Shown piece by piece: positions 51,952 to 64,000 of a stretch of 64,000 nucleotides of DNA (positions are counted from its first letter, which is position 1; every line of letters begins with the position of its first letter). Below the pieces are notes generated by a model. That model saw only the letters and a list, made by a program, of their open reading frames with translations. It was not told the origin of the DNA and did not search any database. Made by a program: the position numbers and the translations under genes. This DNA is from Trichosphaerium sp. ATCC 40318 (lineage: Eukaryota; Protista; Tubulinea), in NCBI GenBank assembly GCA_038496445.1, contig JALMLS010000577.1:1054001-1118000 (forward strand). The letters run 5' to 3'.

Positions 51952-52363
51952 GGTTTATATGCCTTCTGATAGCGTAAGGAGCATTTAGTTAATTTTTTAG
52001 AATACGTACAGCGGAATACGAATATAAACGCCCAAACTACTAACAAACCTGCTCAAACAATGGTCTGGTTGCTTGAGTGCTAATCAGCGAAAAAGTTTTC
52101 CAAGTAGCTGTGTTGCAGGACGCGTTGGAAGAAATTCCCGCAAAATTATAGTCAAAACAGTTAAACAACGCCAGTTTTCTGAAAAAATTTTACTTGAACA
52201 TGAAAAATCATGATACTATTACACAGAACACAATATTGTATACCACAACGGTTTTTGACTAATTTTTTGAAAGCTTGTAAAGACAAGGGAAAAGGTAACA
52301 TTTGCAAAAACTTTTTTGCAGAAACCTTTTTTTTTCTTCTTTCTTTTTGTGCTTTTTTTTCTT

Positions 52364-55300
52364 TTAGTTTCCAGCAGCCTTACGACGTTGATGTGCGCCA
52401 GCACCAAGTTGGTTTGTAATAGCTACTCTTTCTTGTTCACTTACTACATCATGGTGATCGTACTCCATGACGAATTCGCCTAAAGAGACACTTAGTATCT
52501 TCCTACCTTCAAAAAAAATCGATTGTTTCACAATCAATAACTTCGTTGACATGGTTTTTCGAGTCACCAACAACTATAGATCATCTCTTATACATAAAGG
52601 TGTATTAGCTTACCTTTTCCTTGTGTAATGGAGCGAAGCTCTGTAGCATAACCGAACATGTTGTTGAGTGGTGCTTCTACTTCAATGGTACAAAATTCTT
52701 TACCCATTTCAGAGTCATTGACACCAGCCTTACGTCTGTGAAGTGATCCAATAACAGCACCCTAAAGAGCCCATTAATCACGGAAGGGGAAAAACGAAAA
52801 GTTGGTCGCTGGATTCATACTTGGAACTCATTTGGTGCTACTACTTCAACTCTCATAATTGGTTGAAGAAGTGTTGGTCCTGCTTCTTTAAATGCTTCTC
52901 TGAATGCATGGTGAGTGCAAGTTCTGAAAGCTTGTTCAGAAGAATCGACCTGATTTCAAAAAAAAGTGAGCAATACAAGTCATACAAACGATAGAAAATA
53001 ATTGACTTACAGCATGCCAATCTCCGTCTGAAACTACCATTCTACATTTGTGTACAGGGAAACCAATAAGGTATCCTGCTTGAATACAATCTTCATAACC
53101 CTTTCTGATAGCTGGTATGAACTGTGGAGGAATTGTACCACCGACTGTTGTATCAACAAACTAAAACAAAAAAAAACCGTTAGATTTGAAACAAAGAGTT
53201 AAAAGGCTATCTTACTTCTTCAGTTACTTCTTCATCCTCATCTATTGGCTCCAAGTATCCAATGACCTTGGCGTATTGACCAGAACCACCAGTTTGCTTT
53301 TTGTGAAGGTACTCGAAATGTTTCTGCAAAAAAAAGAGTGAGAATCAAAAATCATTTCTTTCTGAAACATTTTGTCTATGTACCTTCTCTGTAATTGTTT
53401 CTCTGTAGTTTACAAGTGGTCTACCGATCTTACAGTTGACGCCATATTCACGTTTAAGACGTTCAACGTAGATTTCTAGATGTAACTCTCCCATACCGGA
53501 AATAATTGTCTAGAAAGCATACAAGGTAAGTAAACTGAATACAACACAAAAAACAAATTTGTTGTGACAAAAAAAACTGTTTGTGGTTACCTCTTGTGTA
53601 TCTTTGTCTACACCAACTCTGAAGGTAGGATCCTCACGTTGGAATTTACGAAGAGCCTTAGCTGCTTGTTTTACAGATGTTTTATCTTTTGCTGTTGTCA
53701 AAGAAAGAGACAATACAGGGTCTGGTACATGCATAGATGTCTAAAAAAAGTAACTTAGTTTACGATGTGGAATGTTTGAAGTATCGAACCATTTTAATTG
53801 TTTGATCCTCTTTGTTCTCAACAAAAGTATCTCCAGTACTGCAGTCAATACCGTACGTTGCAGCGATATCACCAGCACCAATTTGTTGTGTATCCTAATC
53901 GATTAAGAAACACTATAGGTTTTTGAGAAAAACGTCAAATAGTATTACCTCAATCTCATCAGAATTCATTCTGACAAGTCTGTTAACCTTGACTTTAGTG
54001 CCATCTGATGTGTTGAATACTTGTGAACCAGCGGCTATAATACCTCTGTAAACACGCAACCAAGTGAGCTGTCCATGAACATTTTCCTCAAGTTTAAATG
54101 CATAACTACGCTTGCCAGTTACTACTATATTGTGCCTCGTATGAAAAAAAGCCTGGTAAATGCGTACGCCAAGAGTGACTCCTTTGGTTTATTCTCTACT
54201 ACGAATTCTTTTTCTTCCTTTTCTTTCTCTTTATTTAAAACTGTTTTGAAAGCTGTGTTTTCTCTAGAAGACTCAATTTAGATTAAATCCATATGTTATG
54301 TCAAAAAGATTGAAAAATCAAATGAGTTTTAAAATGGTTCAGGAAGGGTCACGCAAATGCCCTTCCCCAAAATATCTACACGGATATCTCACAAGTGAGG
54401 TATATTCCGAGCGCAAGGATGGTTTTCATCATCACCAAAGAAAGACTCGTCAAAAAAAAATCAAAGCTGTTTTGGACTTTTCTCCTTTTTTTTCGTATTT
54501 CCATTCATACAAAAAAACTGTTTTACGTACACTTCTGAAGGATTTGGTAGATAATCTGTGATACCATCCAATAGCGGCTGTACACCCTTATTTTTGATTG
54601 CAGATCCCATAAATACTGGAACAACCTTATGGTTAAGAGTTGCTTGACGGAGTACTTTCTAAACAAAAAACATGAACAAAAAGCTCTTCTATGGGCAGTA
54701 ATCGCGTTGAACAGTCGCAAAACGCTGTAAACATCTATTAAAATTATAGTATTAGTACATACCTTTAAGAGAGGAGTTGGTACAGGTTCACCAGCGAGTA
54801 CAAGTTCCATAACTTCATCGCTAAGATCTGAACAAACTTCAACAATTTTTTCACGTCTTTGGATTGCTTCATCAATGAAATTTGGTGGTATATCATCTTC
54901 AATGACTTCATCACTAAGATGAATGTAAAAAACCAAAAAAACAAAAAAAAACAAAAAAAAACACTTACCCATCTTCTCCACCGAATGTAAGAGACTTTTG
55001 TGTCAATATATCTATGACACCAACATGCCTCTTTTCAACACCCATAGGCATCATTACAGGAACTGGATTTAGACCAAGCTTGCCAGTCAAACCTTTAAAA
55101 AAAGTTTAAAAACAATGTCACTACATTCGGTTTTTTTTTGTTACCTTCCATGCACTTCCATGGTGCTGCACCCAATCTATCAAGCTTGTTGATAAACACA
55201 AGCCTAGGAACCTTATAACGCTTCATTTGACGATCAACTGTGTATGTTTGCGATTGAATACCGCCAACAGAGCAAAGAACAAGAACAGCGCCGTCTAAGG

Positions 55301-55985
55301 ATAAAATTAGTCGTTAACTCTCGTAAAAAATGTAGAGCTGTTTTTGCGGTTTGTAGGCGAAGTATAAGCGTTCATTCGTACCCAATACGCGTAGGGCGCG
55401 CTCAACTTCAATTGTAAAGTCGACGTGTCCCGGTGTGTCAATAATGTTAATATGATGTTTATTCCATTGAATATAGGTTGCAGCAGATTTAATGGTGATA
55501 CCTTGAGGTAGTTTAGGCACAATTGAATATTTCTACATTCTTGAACTACCTTTTTCTCTTTCTAACGCCATGGAGTCCATCTTTGCACCAATACCATCCT
55601 TTCCACGCACCTAGCAGTCGTTAGCACAATTTTAGTGACAACACATTCTTATTGCTATCCTACCTCGTGAATCTCTTTGATACGGCCTGCATAAAATAGA
55701 ATACGCTCTGTGAGGGTGGTTTTACCGGAATCAATGTGAGCAGAGATGCCAATGTTTCGAATTTTTTTCCAGCGCGTATCAGCACTCTACAGAGCCATGA
55801 GCGCTGTTTTAGGCGTACAATGATTAGGAACTCATTTTTCGTACTTGTAATACGGAAGCTTTCTTTACACCAACTTTTTTAGCGTATTGTCGTGGTTTTA
55901 CAGAGCTAAAGGTACTTGACACGCTTGTAGGGCTTCTTGAGGAAACAGACGCCATCCGGCGCATAGATAGCATAGACCGCAACAT
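52364..55985 (-). CDS. GFM1: Mitochondrial elongation factor G1
   Basis: Transit-like N-terminus, [76 protein letters not shown] and [12 protein letters not shown]. Confidence 0.95.
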
Positions 55986-56219
55986 GGTGTTAAATGCAAC
56001 AAACAGAAACAAGAAACGACTACCAGCGACTACGGAAAATTCTTTTTAGATTTTTGGACTTAAACCGGCTCTAACCATATTTTAATCTACACTCTACGCT
56101 AAGAAATCCTAATGCGCTACCCAATAGCCGATTTTATAGTGTTTTCGTTTCTTCAACACTTGAAAAAAGTCTCCTTTCGCGCCTTGTACCAAAAAACTCT
56201 CGTTGAAAGGCTCGCGTAT

Positions 56220-58317
56220 TTATTTTTTGGGTGTCTGTGGTAACATCATGTTGTAAAAAGCTGATTTTTTGAAGATTTTTTTTTCTCTCCACGTGCACCA
56301 CTTACCACGTAAAATACTGTTTATATTATCTCTACCAGTATAATGTGGATCTAATATGAGATACTCTACTTTGTTATTCACCACCTTTATGCCTAGAATA
56401 GTGTATGCAAGAACACCTAAAAATACAATCAACAACAAAACTCATGTGTTTTTTAAAGATGTTTTGAGTTTAAAAATCTTACCACCACCGATCATGATTG
56501 GACTTCCATTCCTACGAAAGTGCCGTACTAAAGCATTGGTATGCCTAGATATGTCATGACCACTTCTCATTGCAATAATCTTGCAGGAAATCTAAAAACT
56601 ATTAACAACGAAAACTGTCATTGTACTTACTCCCCAATATTCATCTAAACATAGTGAAATCTCAATTGCACCAATCCATTGCTTGCTCCCTACAAAGCTT
56701 GTAGGTTTATCGCCCATATCAAAAAGCATCTTTTGAACATTACTAGCAAGGCTTGTAAGTACAAAATACGAAAGAAACTGGTAAGCAAATACTTATGAGT
56801 AGGAACTATTCTTTGTGTATAGTTTTGTAATTTTAACCATGAACAAATAGTTTGCATTGATCTATAGGCACATCCCCAACCTTTATCATTAAACCCATCT
56901 AATGGACGATATATTAATTGATATCAGAACGACAATGAGTTCTGACTCTAAGGAGGACGTACCTGTCATATAGTGATAATATTCATACTTTCCTTGAACT
57001 ATCTCTAAAATATCGGCTTCTAATATTGGCATGTGTTCATGGACATTAACAAGTCTTTCATCTTTTGATACTGTAGATGGTTTTATAATGCTCTTTGTGT
57101 CTTGAAATAGCGCCTAAGATTAACTTAATGTTTTGTAACCGAGAAAAGGTAGTATACTTTTGATAAGCTGAAATCCGACAAGGTGTTGCAATACAACAAC
57201 TTTGCATCGTTCTGTATGGAACCTAGTACGCTATTAGTCATATTTAGTGATTAAAATACCTTGCATACTTAGATACCCTTTATTTTGTTCATCATCATCT
57301 GTTGGAAAGGCTGTGGTGATGAAACAACCATTTTTCAATTTGAAATGGAATATGTTTATCTACAAACCATTATTGAAACAAAACAATTATTTTGACAACC
57401 TGTTTGGTTGGGTGCTCTTCTTGCATCTTTAACTGGTAAGATAAACAAGAATTAATCGATCCAATAATACGCTCTTTAACAGCGTCAATTTTATCATCGG
57501 AAAACACCAAACAAAGTACATCCACACAGAATCCATAGGAGTAAAAATTTCCAGAACCTACCAATGTCAGAAGTGCTTAGTGTACCAAATGTACCTTGTG
57601 TATAAGAAAGGCATGCATTAGGTTTGGTGTTATTAAGTAATGGACGCGTATAGACTGTACACGTAGTAAAAGGGAGGTCGGAGAAGTCATGTGAAGGACG
57701 AATTTCTTTGTCATTTAAAATCATTATCTTCTTGCCATTTCGCTCTGTTATAAAGTATACCTCATCAACTTTGAGAGGTTTGAAATGACTCTGTAGATCA
57801 AGTTTATCATCACACTGGAGTTCCAGCGCCACATTATAGATCACTCGCATGCATCCTTTAAACAACTTAATTTCACGTGTTATATCACGTGGATGATTGA
57901 ACGGATCACGTACGCCAATTGGGTACAGGAGTGGTGTTGTAATTAAGTGTGTTCAATGGTTTCTCGCTACACCCATTGTAAGTAGTCAACGTAAAGGATA
58001 AAGACTCTAGTCACCCATTTTTTGTCACAAGTGAGAATTTCATGTTTCCTTCTTCATTATTGCCTTTAATAAAAGGTGTAGATGGTAAATTGATGCTCTC
58101 ATTGCTATTTATATACACGCCAAGTACTTTTAATCCTCCAATCAGCAACGAAGTATCATTTATGCTCTAAAGTATATATTACGCGTAGAAAAAGAGTAGC
58201 GCATACTTTTAAAAGCAAAAGAACATGGAACGTATCGTTTTCGCGACATCCAATAAGATACACGCTGTGTGACACTTGGTCTAGCGGTTGGTGTAACACA
58301 ACACGTGGTTCAGCCAT
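56220..58317 (-). CDS. UFSP2: Ufm1-specific protease 2
   Basis: [59 protein letters not shown] and LILDPHY, plus a long N-terminal domain. Confidence 0.93.
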
Positions 58318-58401
58318 TATGGACTCGTTTAACGTAAATTATCATTTGTCAAAGCTATTCAAGCCACAATAGCCAACCGAACGTGAAAGAGAACGTCAAA
58401 C
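58318..58401. promoter_or_regulatory. Very short bidirectional promoter (UFSP2 / protease)
   Basis: Only 84 bp between divergent predicted ATGs. Confidence 0.4.
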
Positions 58402-60021
58402 ATGCTCCATCGCGTACTTCGACCACGTAAGTGCTATTATTACTTTGACACTCTACCTTACACGCACATAACGCCTTCTAACGGAATAACTAACGTAACC
58501 ACGCAGGGAATTTCACTTCGTTAAAACATTGCGCCGTAAAGACCACAAAGCGTATGAAATGCCATTAAATACCGTTAATAGCTCTTTTAGATACGACTTA
58601 CACATCACACCAAAAGACTAGATCGCAACGCATGCATAGTGATTCAAAAGCCACAAACTGGGATGACTGGGCACTATTTGGCAGGAATGAAAGCATTTCA
58701 AATATTCTACCTTTCTGGATTGAAAAATACCTTATTGTGCTCGGTATAGCATATTACAGCGTAGATATGGCGTTGGATTACTTTTTAGAAGGACAAGGTA
58801 AGCTTGTTGGCGAGAAAAAAATGTTTTAAATTAAATCATCGCAGAGATAAAACCATGGCCTTTAAAAAGCGCTCAAATAAGTACAGGGAAGATACATATT
58901 ATATGTCATCAAGATCCACCACAATTTAATGACGCTGGTGAAGAGTACGTCATAAACACGTTCGAAAAAAAAAACCCTCTGCAGTTTCTTTAAGCTTTTG
59001 CACTGGTGCTCATCCTCGTCTCTAATACGTATTAAAAGAATAATGAAACATACCTTCGGCACATGCTTTTATTTTGATGAATATCTTGCCACGTGCGCAC
59101 ACGTGATGAAGAACATGAAAGATGCAGTTGCAGCCGACATTGTTTTTTCAACAGGGATGACATTATTTCTACAACTTGATCATATTATTGGGTATAATGA
59201 GCAGAAAGATATATGTATACTAAAACCACCAGCTCTATCATATGCTCCTATAAAACCAATCCCAGTACGGCTCATTTCTTTGGTTTTATCTAAACAAGGA
59301 AACAATGAAAACCAGCTTCACAACATTTTTTATTTATTATGTCATTGTAAATGCTTATTTTCTGAAATACTTTTCATTGTTTTCTGAATAAACTAGTGCC
59401 TTTTGCTTGTTGAAAGGCTTGGCAAGGATTGTTTGTTTTGAATGAAATTTTCGCTTTGAGAATGGAAATCACGTGATTTTGTTTGTATACGCTACAATTT
59501 GTTGTTTCTTATTTTTTTTAATGTAGAAAAGTTTTAAATGGCCAGGAAGAAATGATCAGATGACTTGTCTTGGATACCCAGGATTTGAAGGAAAACTACA
59601 AACATTCCATTCAACAAAAAAGGTTTCTTCGTCCCTTATAGTAGCCAGTAATAGACCAAATACTATAACAGTAAACGACAACATTGTACCAGGTACTTTT
59701 CAACTTTCCAGGTAGTCAACTAGACCTATGAAAACTACACCAGAATTAGCCGCGCTTAGTTGCCATTGCAATGGTTAAGTCTATGAAACAGCTGACTCTA
59801 GACGAGTTGACAACTTATGTTAAGATGGTGCTAATAATTATTTAGAGGGCACTTCTGGTGGACCACTACTAGATGCTTATGGATGTGTTATTGGTATGAG
59901 TCACTTAACTTTACGAAAGCAATACATGTTCGGTTTATTTAAGACGGAACCACAATCTGTTTTTGTTGATATAGAAGAGATAGATGCAATGTATCGTAAA
60001 ATGAAAGAAGCATCCAAATAA
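58402..60021 (+). CDS. Trypsin-like (S1/Trypsin_2) serine protease
   Basis: FGTCFYF..LATCAHV (His), DICILK (Asp), CLGYP and PEGTSGGPLLDAYGCVIGM (Ser). Confidence 0.8.
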
Positions 60022-60403
60022 AATTGTTAGTTATTATTTGAAAGGATGGATCTTGTTTTGATTCTTTCTCACTCATCAAGACAGTAAGCGATTGTTGGCT
60101 TTATGAAATGGTAAAACATAATACAGTACCAGCTATTTTCCAATTGACGTGGATGATCAACCGGGACTGTTTCTCCTATTACTTCAGGTGGATTTGGGAA
60201 TATTACTTGCACAAAGTCAATTATTTCTGGCGAGCAATCACGCCAGAAGTATGTGTCAGTTTTTTGCATTATAGATAGTCAATCATTTCTTTGTTATTTG
60301 AGTATGATAACAATAAATTTTATCAAGGCTTGTTAAATTGATAAGGGATCAGAAAGTGATTTTAGTGATTTTATTTACAGACTTTTTTGGTTCCTTTTTT
60401 CTT

Positions 60404-62903
60404 TTAGTTATTACCCGGTTGAATACCGAACAAATTTTCTACTTCAGATAAACGCTGAGATAGGTTATGCATATTTTGGTCAATCCTGAAAAAAAAAATG
60501 GTCAGAACACTCCACAACAACCCATTGAAAAAAACCAAAAAAACGATTTAAAAAGAAAACTTTGATTTGGATTCTAGGGTTTTTTAACTGTATACGTACC
60601 ATTCCAAGGAGTTTAAGTGTGCGTTTAATATCTGGACTATTTGTCTAACAGGATTACCATCTTCTGCAGGACCCTTCTGAGTTTTATTAAGCTCAGCAAT
60701 AGTAGCCTTTAAACTTCTTTCCATTGAATCCAACTGAGTATTGAGATCAATAGCCATCTGATACCTGTAAAGAAAATAAATAAATAATAGATTTATCTAT
60801 CATTTTAAAAGGTACCCTGCACGTCTCTCTGCATCAGCAGGTAAATTCTGATTATTTTGTGCAAGATAGTCTAAGTCACTATTGAGCGAGTTAAGTAAGT
60901 TATCCAATTCCAGTTGTTGTGTCTGTATAAGATCTAGACTGACATCCAGACCTTTTTGACGAGCTTCTACGTGTCTATATTGGTCACAAAGCTGATCTAA
61001 CTATAAAAAAAAAGAATGTGAGGAGCCATTAAATCAACAAACTGAAGAACAAGCTTTTGTTGTCGGGACGTCCAAGAAAAAAAAAGGCAAAGAAAAAACA
61101 GCCCGAACGTACCATGCTGGTGTTTGTCGTCAATTGAATATCCCATTCTCTGATGAAATTAGCTGACTTTCTAAACTGTGCAACGAGGTCTTCTATTTCA
61201 ACATTCCAGCTATCCAAAATAATGTCGAGATTCTTATTGTGTAGTATCCCCTTGACATCTACAAAAAGTCAAACCAAACAAACATTCTTGTAGTCCAAAA
61301 CGGATTGCTTCAAAGTTCGTTTTCAAAACTTACCAGTAGGCTGTGTTAGAGGTACTGTAGCAGATGTTCCGGGAGTAGTTCCTGCAAGATTGCTAAAAAT
61401 AAAGGACTAAGAAGAACATAGAGGAATAATAATAATAAAAAACGAGAAAAAAATAAGAAAAAAGAATACTTACGTTCCAGTTTTTAAGATGCCTGTAGTA
61501 GGTGTACCAAACCCTGGTTTAGGCGCAACAACTCCTGTGCCAGTGGCAGGAGGAGCAGATGGTGTAGCAATAGCTAACACGGAAAGAAATTAACACAAAA
61601 AAATAGAAACAAACTTCCAATCAAATTCGTACTTGATAAGGCAGCAGCTGTACCAAGGTTGATACCTTAAAAGAATATTAGATCTAAGTTTAGCAAAATT
61701 ATCATTTACCAAAGCCTGTAGAAGGCGTAAGATTCAGACCTACCCAACTATTAGACGCAGGTGATAATACAATTAAACTTGATGGCTTGGCTTACCAAAT
61801 CCTGTAGAAGGTGCAAGATTCAATCCTGTACTTGGTGCTAGGCCTGTAGAACCAGGAGTTGCAGCAGCGGCTGTACCAAGGTTGAGACCTTAAATGATAT
61901 CAGATATACATTGATAATTGTTTTATACCAAATCCTGTAGAAGGTGCAAGATTCAAGCCTGTGTTTGGCGCAAGACCTAAAACGATCATTAGATTTAACC
62001 ACACTATTGACCGTTCTAAGGTGAGACTCACCAGTAATACCAAATCCTGTAGAAGGCGCCAGATTCAAACCATTGCCTGCAGGAGCTGTGGCTGGTGCTG
62101 TAGTAAGATTGAGACCTTGACGAATATAAGTGGAAGAAGGTTGTTGGGTAGAGTTAAAATTGTTTTATACCAAATCCTGTAGAAGGCGCAAGGTTCAATC
62201 CTGTATTTGGCGTAGTGGCAACACCTAGCAAGACGTTCAGATTGTACGATTTAACATTATTCAATATATATCCTTACCAGTATTAGTAAACCCTTGAGCT
62301 TGTGGTGGGGTAGTAAGATTGAGACCTTGATTAATATTAGTGGAAGAAGGCTGTGGTCTGTTTAAAATCAGTTATTACCAAACCCTGTAGAAGGCGCAAG
62401 ATTCAATCCTGTATTTTGTGCACCACCTAGTAAGATATTTAGATTATCATACATGATAATCAATTAATGAAGTATTGTTTCTTTTTTTTCTACTTACCTT
62501 GCTTATTACCAAACCCTTGAGCGTTACCACCCCATGCATTAGTACCAGCATTATTCTGAGCGGCTTGGTTATTACCAAATCCTTGAGTGTTACCACCCCA
62601 TGCATTAGTGCCAGCATTGTTCTGAGCGGCTTGATTATTACCAAATCCTTGAGCGTTACCACCCCATGCATTAGCACCAGCATTATTCTGAGCGGCTTGG
62701 TTATTACCAAATCCTTGTGCGTTACCACCCCACGCATTAGTACCAGCATTATTACGGGGTTTATTTAGGCCCAAAGCAGCGGCACCTAAACCGCCGGCCT
62801 TCACGCCTTGTCCAGGTACTGATGTTGGCGATCCATCTCCAAGCAAATCATCATACTTAGCTTTGACTCTCGCTATTTCCTCCGCTGTTGGTTGGTCGCT
62901 CAT
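60404..62903 (-). CDS. NUP62: Nup62/Nsp1-like nucleoporin
   Basis: Gly/Asn/Thr-rich repeats with GFG. The C-terminal coiled coil matches Nsp1_C: NKNLDIILDSWNVEIEDLVAQFRKSANFIREWD, ADAERR..YQMAIDLNTQLDSM, QIVQILNAHLNSLEWID. Confidence 0.85.
62497..62753 (-). repeat. 66-nt coding tandem repeat x4 (NNAGTNAWGGNAQGFGNNQAAQ)
   Basis: Visible directly in ORF 62490-62903. Confidence 0.95.
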
Positions 62904-63335
62904 CTAGTAAAGAGGTCAGTTTAACATCCAGATTATCAAAATACGCTAATTAGATATCCAGTACTAATATTTACGCGTGGGAATAGCGTTTTAGTTATAA
63001 TAAAAGGTAAACGTATGTACAGTTAATTTCTTTGGTTTAAAATACTAAATTGATATCTCTGAAATGGTGTCGTTTGAAACAGACAACAAGAAATAGCTTT
63101 GAAACTTAAAATTCAGTGTTCGCGCTTTTTTTGGCAAAGAGTCTTGGGCGTTCTCGCTTGCTTAACGGCTTCAGGTTTTGTCGTAGAACCACGCCAGCTA
63201 CCCAAATAAACACGCGCAGAAGAATACCACTTAATTCAGGTCCCTAACTTTACATAAGGCAACAACAAACTTTTGGAAAACTCGTTTTTTTTTGTTCATT
63301 TTTATTGTTTGCTTCCGTTTATCAGAGTTGCTCAA

Positions 63336-64000
63336 ATGCTTGTCAGATGTTCTAGATTGGTCTCAGTAGCGCCAAAGACGCGTAAAATACAAAAGTATAC
63401 TCGTAATGCACATGACAGTGCTGTTCGCGTAAAAATTGGACTAATGCCTGGTGATGGTATTGGTAAGGAGGTACTAGCCCTGTTGTAGCGACAACAAGCG
63501 ATTAAAGCTCAGTTCAGGTTGTACCAGCCGCAGCTACTCTATTGGATACACTAGCGAAGAAGGAGGGCTTGTTTTCAATTGATTACGAAACATACGAAGC
63601 TGGCTTTGATTGTTTTAAGAAATGTGGTAATTCGCTTCCTCCACAGACAATTGAAGGTCTGAAGAGTACGTACTTGCGAAATCTAGTGTTAGAGCGGCAA
63701 AATAATAGCAAAAAATTACAAACAAGCAGCAGTAGCTACCACTACGCTGGTGTGGCAATACTGCTGCCTATTTAATCTACTTGACACTTTCTTACTCTAC
63801 AATAGCGTGTAATGGTGCTGTATTTGGCGCTGTGAGCTCCCCATCACATAAAGTAGAAGGATACACAAGGTACCCGAGTGTCGCTTTTTTTTGGTTGCTA
63901 AACCCACGTGTAGTCCAATTGTAAAAATGCGAAAAGTCCTTGACTTGTACGCAAATGTAAGACCATGCACTTCTGCTCCTCTTGTTAAACCGCCACCAGG
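63336..64000 (+). CDS. Homoisocitrate dehydrogenase-like (isocitrate/isopropylmalate DH family), truncated by the window end
   Basis: Mitochondrial-like leader, KIGLMPGDGIGKEVVPAA and [36 protein letters not shown]. Confidence 0.8.

Overview
AT-rich, gene-dense eukaryotic DNA with many short GT-AG introns, read in the standard genetic code. It looks like a free-living protist; Amoebozoa is plausible but cannot be proven from this window. About 22 genes could be reconstructed by hand-splicing: a degenerate sirtuin, three F-box/LRR genes (one intronless, frameshifted and giant-virus-like), a receptor tyrosine kinase-like gene with a tRNA-Trp in an intron, RNPC3 (U11/U12-65K), Nup98-96, a mucin-like protein, a tandem Ubl protein, a carboxylesterase, several secreted or membrane proteins with bacterial-type domains, an FH1-less formin, a UBE2Q-like E2, a divergent PCNA, mitochondrial EF-G, UFSP2, a trypsin-like protease, Nup62/Nsp1 and a homoisocitrate dehydrogenase. 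The most notable signals are: (1) a minor-spliceosome gene plus a candidate U12 intron; (2) a weak GC-donor/stop switch just after the Nup98 autoproteolytic site, which here reads HWS; (3) strong over-representation of CACGTG against CpG-rich promoters and CpG-poor gene bodies; (4) foldback MITE-like elements beside an intronless viral-type LRR gene. No database searches were run, so family calls rest on recognised motifs. Multi-exon CDS coordinates are outer spans.
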